Assembly: GCA_964035545.1 (NCBI GenBank)
Contig: OZ037767.1
Span: 27,854,628-27,918,627 of the forward strand
Source of the DNA: Bugula neritina
Taxonomy: Eukaryota > Animalia > Bryozoa
DNA: 64,000 nucleotides
Direction: 5' to 3'
The first letter of the stretch is position 1, and each line of letters begins with the position of its first letter. Positions 13,459 to 25,300 of this stretch are shown here, one piece after another. The notes under the pieces were generated by a model. That model saw only the letters and a list, made by a program, of their open reading frames with translations, did no database searches and had not been told where the DNA came from. The position numbers were made by a program, and so were the translations under genes.

Positions 13459-16400
13459 CTACTCAGTGGCGCTCTCAGAGTCACTACTACTACCATTACT
13501 ACTTCCTGAATCATCTGCTGCAGAAGACACCTGACTATGTCTGTCTGGCTTCTTGGAAGACTCCGACGACGAGGAGTCCCTTCTACTGGTACGACGTGAA
13601 GTTTTAGTCGTGTCTTTCTGCCTGTGTGTTTTCTTGTCATTACTGCTGGAAGCTTTATGACTATCTGCACTGCTCTTTGTGGAGCCTTTATCTTTATTTG
13701 CCTTATGATGTTTGTGTGTTGATTGTTCTGAACTAGTTGAAACACTGCGTCTACGTGACCTACTACGACAAGACTTCTTATTCCTACTCCTAGACTCACT
13801 CCTCTTTGATCTAGACTCGTTTGAATGTCTACGGTGTTTCTTTCTTCCAGCTGATCGTGACCTTTTACTCCTATCACGACTTCGACTGCGTGATTGCTTC
13901 CTGTACCGATCTCGCTTACTCTCTCTACTGCGAGAACGTTCTCTTTCTCTTGATCGCTCTTTGTGCTTCCTCTCTCTGCTATGTGAACGTGCTCTGTGTT
14001 TCTTTGTTCGGCTTCGAGACCGATCACGATGTTTTCTTTCACGACTGCGTGAACGATCTTTGTGCTTTCGGCCTCGACTACGCGACCGATCTTTGCGCTT
14101 TCTATCTCTACTATAAGATCTCCGCTTATAGTCGCTACCACGGCGACGGTGCCTGGAAGAGTCATCTTCAACCATCTCCGAGCTCCGAGATCTGGTCCGC
14201 TTTCTTTTCCTACCTGAGCTTTCATTGGGGCTAGACTCGCGCAATGAATCCGTTTGATCGCCTGTTGCGTTAGTAGCATTCTTGGAACTGTCATAATTCT
14301 GTGAAGCTGATCTTCTCCGGGAAGATGACTCCCTCTTGCTTACTTCAGCGTCTACTTTATCTTGGGAAATATCAAGACCAGGTAAACTCCGTGGAGGTCG
14401 GTGTAAATCTCTCTCTTCAGCCGGCATATTGAACCAATCTAATAAAACCAAACGCATTGTGTTTAGTAGCCAAAGGCAGTTGAAACATACTCTCAGAATA
14501 TCAAGTTCCGGCCACAACTCAACAGCTTTTTATCATTAAAAAAAATAATTACATCTGAAAGTTAAATGTCTTATAAATATATATTTCTATAAAATTAAAT
14601 ATTAATTTTTAATTTAATAAACCAGATCAAGTGAGGAAGAGTTACTTTAAACACACTAGAGTAAGTCACTGTAGACGTTACTATTAACTTACCCAAAGCT
14701 TTCTTCTCCTCAACTTCAACCTGCTTAAGTCTGTCACGCTGTTTCTTAGTAAACTCTCGCAGACGCTGACCTCGTCTGTCATCATCTTCGCTGCTTTCGG
14801 CATCACTCTCGGCATCATCTTCGTTCTCAGATTCACCGGAGATTTCAGAGTCGTAATCTCCTACATTGCATATCTCAGTGTAATACTTGCAACAGGAAAT
14901 CATAGTCTACTTCAATCAACAAGTTCAGTTGAAGTCACCATAAAGTTCAATTGCATATCATAAAAACTGTACAAGTAAACAAATAGTATTGTTACATGCA
15001 GCAATATGTTCAACACATAAAGCTGCAACGGCAACTGCTTGGCGCCATGATATAATATATGTAGAGGCTACAATCATTTTCCAAGTGTCTTTAAAAGTCT
15101 TAGAGGCTACACATTATAACATCACCGCTGGTAGTGCATTAATTTTCAACATAGACAGTCGTTACATGACATATACAAATGTTCTTTCAACTCAACATTA
15201 TGCATTTTCACCACAATTAATTCAACTTTGCAAAAACGAGTTAATGGAATGAAAACTAAAGTTACTCTATAGGTTATTAGCTAGCAAGAAATCGTATTTA
15301 TCCTACAACAACAAGACGTGTTGAGTCTTCATAAATGTAACATTATTTAAAAGAGTTGAAAATATAATTACGATGTGACTGGAGCGAAGTCGAAATTTGC
15401 GTAAAAAGGTGAGTACTTACCAAAAGTGCTTTTCAGTGAAGCTAATGCACTAGACTTGCCGATCATCTTGGCTGGAGCTAGTGATAAGATTGGTCTTATG
15501 AATACATACATTGCATCATCACCAACACTGACACCAGTGAATAACAATAACATTTATACATGTTACACCAAAGTTCCATTCATTTACTATGATCTACATG
15601 TGTGTAACTATGAAATAACCAGTCAGAAATGATGCAGATCTAGTTGACAATTTATTAACGTATATACATTGGCTTTTGACTTGATGTTTGGAGAGTTATC
15701 CTTCAGTATATGATTTGAAATCATAGTGTCAAATGTTAAATAGCAGAACAGAAATTTATAAAGCTGTTCAAAATAGTTGCAGGTACGTGTATATGTCAAC
15801 CAATGGCACTGTTCATTACAACAAGTCAACCAATGGCACTGTTCATTACAACAAGTACCTGCTAGCGCCTGCTTTTTACAACGACTGTAAACCTTTCTAC
15901 ACACATCTTCTATTTGCTCATTGGTAACAGTAAGTAGTATATCTGTAAGCATGGTCTTCACTTTCATCATCTGAAACATACAACAGCCCCGATATACCAA
16001 CAGAAAAGCCCAGCTTACACTGACACATCACTGAGCAGATGGCTCTTAGAATAGTCATACCAGCTGCATTTGCCTCTCCTCAGGTGTCATGTACCGCTCC
16101 TCTTCCGGGGAGGGTGACCGAGACACGGAGCGCTGCGGGGATCGGGATTGCCTCGCCTGCATGGAAGGTTCTTTTTCCGGTGATGCAGTAGAAGGGGCAT
16201 CCTTATCATCGTCGTCGTCTTCCTGTAATAGACAGTCGGCCATGTTGCAGCAGGAAAAGAGATTTGATTGAAAATAAATCAATTATGGAGGATAAAAACT
16301 GTACTGAGCTGGTAGAAAACTTGAAAAAGTTTGAAGTTTAAACCTAGAAACCAGCCCAGTGGCTAGGCTGTGGGTGCAGCAGCTAAGGATAGCAGGAAAT

Positions 16401-18368
16401 GAAAGTCAGCAGTATTTACTATTAGTTTTATAATAAAACAGACCTAAGAGCCAAACATCATCAGAAATCCCAAATTAATTCAAAACATGTTTGTACAAAA
16501 TTTACTATAAATCAAAACTGTTAGAGCACACACCCCTCAGTCTGTAGATAATAGCTAAGATGTATATAAATACTACATAAGTGAAGTGTGTCGGGGATTC
16601 TTTAACATAGTTGTAGTGATAAGACAAAGTGTATCGTTGTGATTCTAAAATTAGTAGCGGAGTTAGCGATGCCGAACACATTTACTTACAAACTTGCTCT
16701 TCATAGGAATGCCTGTTCTAGTAGCTTCCTCCTCAGCTTTCTTCTGCTGTTCTTCTTCAATTTTCTTCCTCTTTTTCAATTCCCTAGCCTGTCTCTCCCT
16801 TTCTTCTTTTTTGGCCTTTTCTCTCTCCATTTTCTCCAAACCTTCTCTAATCCAAAGGGGCAAAGCCTTGCGTTTAGCAGCATCTACAAGATACCGACCG
16901 AGAAAGTAGACAACTTCCATCTGATGAGTGAAGTATGTAGGTAAACATGTCAGGCCACATGAACCCACCAGTCAAAGACAGACTACTCTTAAACCTTCCA
17001 CAAACCCATTCCGTAGTAGCAGCATACCCATAAATGGTGACGGCCCGGTTACATCCTCGTCCTGGAAATGAGGTCGTGACTGACTCTGCTGATTGGTGGA
17101 GGGCTGTGAAGCTAAGGCGGCTCCAATAAACTGGCCGTATCCTGGGTGGTTCTGCATCCAGTACTGCTGCTGTTGCTGCTGATGATAGTTCTACAATGAA
17201 ATTAGTCACATAGTTCTAAATCTCTGTTGGCAACAATCTGTCCACATGTACTACATACGACAAAGCACTTTAAACGTCATATCAATACCATGTATAATCT
17301 AATTGATGAGATGAGAATCAAACTTTTCCAGCAATTAATTTTGGCTATTTTCAATCATTAAACAGCAAAGAGCATGAAATGTGATGTCTTTGGAAGTTTA
17401 GATTACTTGCACATTATATCTACGGATTGCCACATGGTAAAGGGGGAGGGGAAGGGCAGACTGACCTGCTGATTATATTCATACCCTTGATTATACTGTC
17501 CTGAGGAGAAATTATTGTGATGCTCCTTGGACGTATCGGCAGCAGAAGGATTGGGGGAGAAGGTGTTAGAGTATTCACCGGCTCTATTATTATAGTCAAA
17601 TGCCTGGCTTGTCTGATCAGCACTCGAGGTCTCCTCATCTCTCTACAACACATTGAGTAATTGGGCAAACAATATTTCTTCATGGCTGAAAAATAACCTA
17701 CAAACCTAAGAGAAATACAAATTCATGCCTGCCAATTCAATAAGCTTCTACAATAACGCACAAAACTTTTAAATGCCCAGTTAATGGAGTTTCAACACAA
17801 GCAGTAAGTATATAATATTTTCTAGCAACGTGTTCAATATTTAATGATTGATGAGGAATCTAAATAGCATGGCAATTCGCTGCTAGATCAGCCCTAACAG
17901 ATATTGTTGCTCAGTAAAGCACCTGAATATCCATATCTGCTGTCCAATCAGATGTCGAAGTCACCTCCCATGCTTGACTAGCATTCTCAGCACCATTAAA
18001 CTCAGAGTTCCAACTGCTACTCGCATTAGCATTAGAAAGGTTAGCCTCATGAGGTGTAGACTGTGGCACTACAGCGGGTGGGGGCGGTGGAGGAGGTTGG
18101 GGAGGTTGAACAACATTGCTAGATGCGTCTCCCACATCTTTAAACTGCATCCACTGCTTGGCCAACGCAGCCCAATCAACTAAAAATTTAACATTTAGCA
18201 CCTAATATCTGCAGGTTACTAGATTTTTAAACCGATTAAAAACATTGTCAGTATGGAAGATATAAAGACAAGCTTCATGAACTAACCTTGATCATTACTT
18301 AAATTAGCATATGCACTTTGCTGCATAGGCCATTGTTGCTGCCCCCATGCACCTGGTTGCTGCCACAT
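13459..18368 (-). CDS. PNISR: Arginine/serine-rich protein PNISR (SFRS18)
   Basis: Ten exons: 18368-18287, 18179-17923, 17642-17466, 17190-17028, 16883-16690, 16222-16061, 15970-15859, 15477-15421, 14860-14693, 14438-13459. Hallmarks MWQQ...QW, VDWAALAKQW, DAAKRKALPLWIREGLEKMEREK, KTMLTDILLTVTNEQI, APAK...SSALASL and a C-terminal RS domain. Confidence 0.93.
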
Positions 18369-18559
18369 GATGATCACATCCAACTTCAAAGAAACATATA
18401 AAACCTGAAACAGTAGCATCATTATATTAGATTCTCTTAACACTAGTACAAATCATCTACCTGCTGGCTCCATATTCCTGAAAAAGAGTTGGCACATGAG
18501 TAAGACACTATTATAGACATTTTCTTTTTTTACATCATAAAAAGAGGAGCTTAACATAA

Positions 18560-19560
18560 TGATATGAGAAAAACCATTGAGCTGACGACTGACGACAGCA
18601 GACTCAGACTGCATTATGATGATAATAACCCCAATGCTTATAGTTATAATTATTATCCTGGTAGTGATCATTATTATCATAATTATTACTTTTACTTTAA
18701 AGTTCATCATTATGATTATAGTTATAGTCTTATACTTATAGTTATACTAATACTAATAGTAATCGCAATACTAATAGTATTAGTAATAATATTAATAATT
18801 ACTATAAGTGTTAATATAAATATTTCAATATTTGTAAATTAAGTTAAACTTAAAGATATTTATATTGATAACTACGTCCACAGTGAAACTCAAACTGAAA
18901 CACTTTCACTGAATGTGAAACTCAATCACAATGTGAACGTGATTACATTTAGTTTTACTGATCATCATTATCATTATGTTGACTTCAAATTTAACATTTA
19001 CAATGTGAATAACAATAGTCAATACTCAATATGAATATGAAATCCAATATCAATATGATCATGACAACTGATCATTCTAGTTAACATTCTGATTCACATT
19101 GAATTTGATGATCATCATCATGATCATGATGGTCATCATAATCATAATGAATATGATCACCATCACCGTGATGATTATGGTGAGGATCTGCTGACTGTTA
19201 CTTGCTGTTAAGTGTTATTACTGTTAATCATACTTATAGTTATTGATACTATTACTATTAGTATTACTAAGAGTAAGTCTAATAGTAATAGTAAATGTAA
19301 TACTAATACTAATAGTAATACAGTAATAGTGATAGTAATACTATTAGTAATAGTAATCTAATACTAATACTAATAGTAATAGTAATCTAATACTAATAGT
19401 ATTACTATTAGTATTACTATTAGTATTACTATTAGTATTAGTATTACTCATTTACTGTAACAGTAATACTAATACTATTAGTAATAGTAATACTAATACT
19501 TATACTCATACTGATAGTAACTCAGTATCATTGTGATATTGATATTCAAATTGAGAAACT
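18560..19560. other. Periodic ANT tract upstream of the PNISR coding start (probable 5'-UTR intron)
   Basis: Long runs such as agtattactattagtattactattagtattactatt and gatcatcatcatgatcatgatggtcatcataatcat. An acceptor TTTCAG on - at 18405 precedes the ATG exon. Confidence 0.8.
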
Positions 19561-20352
19561 GGGAGTGGATATCACTGGAAGTACAACGAATTAAAACCAC
19601 ATTAATTATTACACTCAATACTCTGTAGTGTATACTAATAGGAGTTATATTTCAATGAAGTCATCACAAATCGGCTCAGCGCTAAATGACTATATTCCTG
19701 CGCAATGGCGGTAGAGCGTGCCTTATAGAAAACTAAAATATTAGGGTGGACAAGTCTAAAATAATGTAAAAATTCGGTGGTTTAATGCGCATTTGATAAA
19801 TTGAGAAGACAACTTCTTCGCAATGTTTGCAAATATTTGAATCATGCAGAGCTTTTATTACTTTTACATAGTCAATTAAATAGTTTGACAGACCAAAACA
19901 AATATATTACCAGTAAAAAACACACTTGAATAACTGTAAGCAGTAGCTTGAAATGAGCAAAAAGTTGTTTCTCCTTTATATATGTTCAATAACACTAAAT
20001 CATATATAGATAGACATTATAGATTGAGGTATAAGGAGCTCACTTCATGCTTAGCAATAACATTCAGTGATTGAGCTCTCTAACCATAAACTCAAGCTGC
20101 TGCCATTGTGCAAGCATCGTAACTCCTTGACTCTAGAGTCATTTGCTTTATCTGGCTCAAGTGTTTATGCATTTCAAATATTATGCTTTAGTAGAAATAA
20201 AAGTTTCACCTATTGCGAATGTGTGGGCGAGGGTAATCTGTTCAATTATGAAAAGGGGACAAATCCCAAAACAGCTGCTGTAACCTGAACACAGATGTTA
20301 AGTTGCACACATTGTGTTAAGAAGTTTTAGTTAATTGGTTACACATACCTAA

Positions 20353-20378
20353 GCATGCACGCGCGCGTGCACACACAT
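20353..20378. promoter_or_regulatory. Alternating purine-pyrimidine tract with 16-bp palindrome TGCACGCGCGCGTGCA in the PNISR/HECA divergent intergenic region
   Basis: Sequence seen directly at 20356-20371; function is inferred only. Confidence 0.35.
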
Positions 20379-21094
20379 TAGCTGCAGGGTATTTAACCTG
20401 TATACATAATATTATTTTGTACAAGTTTGCAATTTGCTAGTCATCACAAGCAAATATAAATCTCTCTGTTGCGTTATCATTCTCCCTTTTTACTATATTT
20501 TTTGTAAACATCCGCGGAGAAAAAGTTATAAAGCTGTTTGCTGTGTTGATGTTGTAATAAATAAAAACAGTTTTATTAAAATTAATTTAAAAAAAATAAA
20601 ATGAATGAAATTTAGAAATGAATGTGCAAATTTTTGATTACCGATACGTTGTATATATATTCTTCCGCTGATCGAAAATTGATAGACCTACCCTAGCTGC
20701 CCTATATATAATTGCCCAATGCTTTGCAGGTTTATAACCCCACCTACTGAGAAATTAGGTGATGTAGAGAATAACAGTAAAGTGAAAGATAAAACATTAG
20801 AAATATTGATGAATACATATACACTAAGATGTGACCTATATATGAACATTTCCCTACTGTCCACAGGGTCACTTTGTAAAAGCAACATGTTGATGAAAAA
20901 ATAAAAAAATATAGCACTGTATGTGTAGCATTTGGCTTTGCAAGAGGCGAATCAAAGTACGGTTTTCCACAATATAATCATTACGATTATGTTATAAAAA
21001 TAAAATATTCATTTTCAGTTATATTCACACCCTTCAAACGTGTGCTATTACATTACTCATTACAGAATACGTGCATGTTTACAATTACGGATTC

Positions 21095-21960
21095 CGTCTG
21101 AGTCTGACAGTGAGACTGAGTATAACTATCAGTATCAGTGGTGAGTATCGCTATCGGCGTCTGTTAGTGTTTGTAAATTTAACTTTTCAACTTAAGCGTT
21201 AGTGTTACTATTAGTCTAACTCGTAGTCTTAGTAACTACTTCTATTAAAACATCAATGTCAAGTATAATCCTTGCCTGAAAGTGAAAGTAAGACTAATCA
21301 AATGACTAATCCCTAAGTCTAAGACTAATGGCAATGCTGACTCTGAGTTACTCACTTACTGAAATGAATAAACGTTGACTATCACTAAGACTAAGAGTAA
21401 GTAATGTTCGTGTTGCTAATGGACAAGAGTATTAGTAATAGTAATACTCATAGTCATACTGATAGGCGATAGCAATACTAACACTCATACTGCGATTACG
21501 AATTAGTCTTGCTCTTAGTCTTAGCTAGTACTAGTAGTAACTAGTGCTAGTAAAGCACCAAGTGTGCTCCATGTCTGAGACTAAAAGTAAGTCTAAACTA
21601 CTGGACTAATACCAATGGTAATAGCAATACATGCCAATGCTGAGTTACTGAAATTAACAAACGTTGACTGATGTAATACTAAATCTAATAGTAGTAATAG
21701 TTATACTACAAGTACAAGGATTACTCCTCGATAGTGTGACTGTGACTTGACAGCTTTGTCTAAACGTATGACTGATAAATGTTTTAATTTAAAGGTTCTG
21801 TACTTCGAAATTGTTTTTCTTTAGTTATAATGAAACTTTTTTACTTAGTACTTATACTACTGTTGTACTGGATGTTGGTTAAACATGTGGTTACTAGTTA
21901 GTTTATTGTCTAAAAAAGTGATTAAGTTACTAAGAGTTATTTGCTATTAGTATTACTATT
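21095..21960. other. Periodic ANT tract in the inferred 5'-UTR exon and intron 1 of HECA
   Basis: gagtattagtaatagtaatactcatagtcatactgat and similar runs. Donor GTG|GTGAGT at 21141 and acceptor CTCTAG at 22317. Confidence 0.75.
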
Positions 21961-22325
21961 TGGGCTTATAACACATTTGAGTTTAGGCTTATTAAAATTC
22001 AATCGAATTTACTGCTAAATTTTCAACAATGGATATGAAACTCGTATATGTAACATTTTCACTGTGTTTCTTTTTATTACATTTTGACTACTCACTTCTA
22101 AAATCACCTACTAATATCCTCATAACTCTATGGCTGCCTAAACTTATTGATGCTATTTTTTTATAGCAATCGATATTAAATTCCAAAGAATTAATTAAAT
22201 TTTAGTTATTTATTTGTATAGTACTTTAACATAACATTTATTTAAAGCTGATATTGTCACAACTGTTGTGTGACATGTTACTGTTCTGTTGAAATTGACA
22301 ATATTGCTATTCTCTAGAATTCACA

Positions 22326-25300
22326 ATGCCACATGGAAAAACTGGTCGAAAACTTTTGAAGAATGGAGAAATACAAGATAATCTTGTCAGTGATCAGTTG
22401 AACGCAACCAACATGCAACCGATAACAAGTTCATGTCACTCTTCCAATGACTCGGATATAAACAATAAGGAGGGGCAGCAATTCTTTCACTGCTGCACCC
22501 CTAAAGTCTGCAAAGAACCCGGAGTCTTGATTGGAGATGAAAATCCCGGAAATGCTGTTCGAGTGCTCTGTAACAATGAGGAGTGCAGCAAGTCACGGTG
22601 GATGCACCAACTGTGTTTTGAAGGTAATTCTGATCCTCAATTGAATACCATGTCCCGGTAGGTTATACACTCATGAAATGTTCCAGTTTTAGCTACCTAG
22701 TTGTATCTAAGGGTTTTGTGATAATATTTAAATTAATGTCAATTACATACTTTGCTATTATCACTATTTTGACCATTCATTAATCATGTAAAAACAATGT
22801 TTTGATTGTCTCAGAAATAGCTCTACAAGCTCAAAGTCTAACCTTTTATCAAACTCAGAATTTTATCTTCTTAAAATCCCTTGATAAACTATGAGATGCT
22901 CCATATTCATATTATAACTTAAAATGCTCTTGATTGCAATTTCTGTTTTTTCTCCTTAATTATCTAGAAGTTCAGTACTAGAATCAATAATTATTGAGAA
23001 AAGGCATTTAGAATGCTTATCTAAACATTTTTCCTAGTAAGAAGTCAATTGGGCTAAAATCAGTTTTGTTAAAACATTTTTTTCCTAGAATTTGATTTTT
23101 TGCAAGACTTGCAAAGATTGCCATACATGCCCACTTGGCTGTAGTTTCACTTCTAAGGTGTATCTGATATGCTTTTATTATGATAAAAGTTAGCAATATA
23201 ATATCGTATGCTGTCATACGTGTATCCAGTCGAATTGTCTTATGAGCAGCTCTGAGTTGAGGGTGACTGAGTGCAGTAGTTTTGGGGTTTGGAGTTGGGG
23301 GCCCAACTCTAAACTAGAGAACCATAAACTACTGCACTCAGTCACCCTCAACTCAGAGCTGCTTATAGAACAATTCTATCCAGTCTAGCAGGTTACTAGA
23401 CTGTGTTCTTACGTGTTTCCTGTCTTGTAGAATGGGAAGAGCACGTTCTCATGTTCCTTAAGTCTTCTGGCCGAGCAAGGAGCTGGAATGATAAGCAAAG
23501 AGCCCAAAATCTCTGGACTAAGAAGGGTTACGACCTGGCATACAAAGCTTGCAACTGTACTTGCGGAAAGGGACATTTGCGTAAAAACCTGGACTATGTT
23601 TCTCAATCAGAAGATGTGAGTTAACATTCATGTATTTTTGTAATAGTTTGTATATTCACATGACTACTAGTTGTTGCGGGTGGAAATATAGCTTAATCTA
23701 CTGCAATGTGAAAGATTGTGTTGTCAGCTGAATCTATCTACTCCATGTGCAGTTTTCTACGTTTGAGCATATAATGCAGTGAATATCTCTAACTTCCTAT
23801 ATGCTCCATATTTGACTGAGTGTAAACATATACTATTTCTCGCGATATCAGTGCAGCCCGTAGAACTTTCTAGTGGTACTTTCCGCCATGTCTTGCCTCA
23901 CGTTCAACATTCAGCCATCATCTCGCAAACCTCATGCTGAGGATATCATGCCATTTGTTGGGATTCCCAATATGCATCATCCATTCTCACATGATAATTG
24001 CTCGCCATTAACAACATGTAATGCTAGTAATTTTCAAGCCGTACATGCATTGAGATTGACAGTGGATAACCTTCTCAGTTCACATGTTGAATAGGAGACT
24101 AAGAAATCAAAACATCATCACAAGAGGAATGATAAACCTGTGCCAGTTGTGTCCGTCAGAAGTCAACCGATTCCAGTGACTAACTCCGGCGCCGGGTGTA
24201 AACCCCGAGTGCATATCAGAAATAGAACGGCCAGTCTGTCATCCACTGGTAGTTCACCTCCCAACAGCGCCTCACCCGATGGCAGCCCCACTCAAATGAG
24301 GAGCATGAGCAAAGGGGGGCTCAAGTTTGAGTTCTCCTTGACCAGTGAACAAGCCGCAGCAGGTAAGACTCTATTGTGTTACTTAGTCGACACCAATGAG
24401 CAGTAGTGCTAACTATTGGCCTGCAATTCACAGAAAAGTCTTGAGATGTTGGCCTGTGCCCATCACTAAAAGCCACCCTTAATGTCAATGAATTAAGTGA
24501 GAAAGTTGCCAACTATAAAGTATGTTCATGCGGAGATGGGCCAGCTATTGTGTTGGTCTGTGACTGGGTAGTGACTACACTGTAGCTAGTAGTAGTGACT
24601 ACACTGTAGCTAGTAGTGACTACACTGTAGCTAGTAGTAGTGACTACACTGTAGCTAGTAGTAGTGACTACACTGTAGCTAGTAGTAGTGACTACACTGT
24701 AACTAGTAGTAGTGACTACACTGTAGCTAGTAGTAGCGACTACACTGTAGCTGTTAGTGATTACACTGTAGCTGTTAGTGATTACACTGTAGCTAGTCAT
24801 GTTGTACACACTACACATGTACTTGTAGGTAACATCTTCTACCACAGACCCGACCTGCAAGCTTTCAACAAACTGCCACCCCAGAAGCGAAACCCCTACC
24901 ACATCAAGATGGAGGACGAGGGTCCCTATGGCAATGATGAGATCAGATGCTTTGTGTTGTCAGCTCTGAGCACCAGAAGGGTATGTGTCGTGTTTGTCAC
25001 TCTCTGTCATAGCTTGCTCCATAGCAACACTATCTCTCCATAGCAACAGTATCTCTCCATAGCAACGGTATCATCATTAGCATCAGTACCAGCAGTATAT
25101 GTAGTGGTAACAGTATATGTAGTGGTAACAGTATATGTAGTGGTAACAGTATATGTAGTGGTAGCAGTATATGTAGTGGTAACAGTATATGTAGTGGTAG
25201 CAAATGTAGTGGTAGTTGTAGTATGTGTAGTGGCCGCACAGAATCAACAGCGCAGGCAGCCTTTCTAAGCTGTTTACTGTAAACAACACAATCCTGTATG

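Noticed and set aside
13455-14539. Overlapping ORFs 13455-14294 (-), 13712-14116 (+), 13821-14234 (+) and 14336-14539 (+)
   Set aside because: Alternate-frame and antisense shadows of the low-complexity PNISR RS exon.
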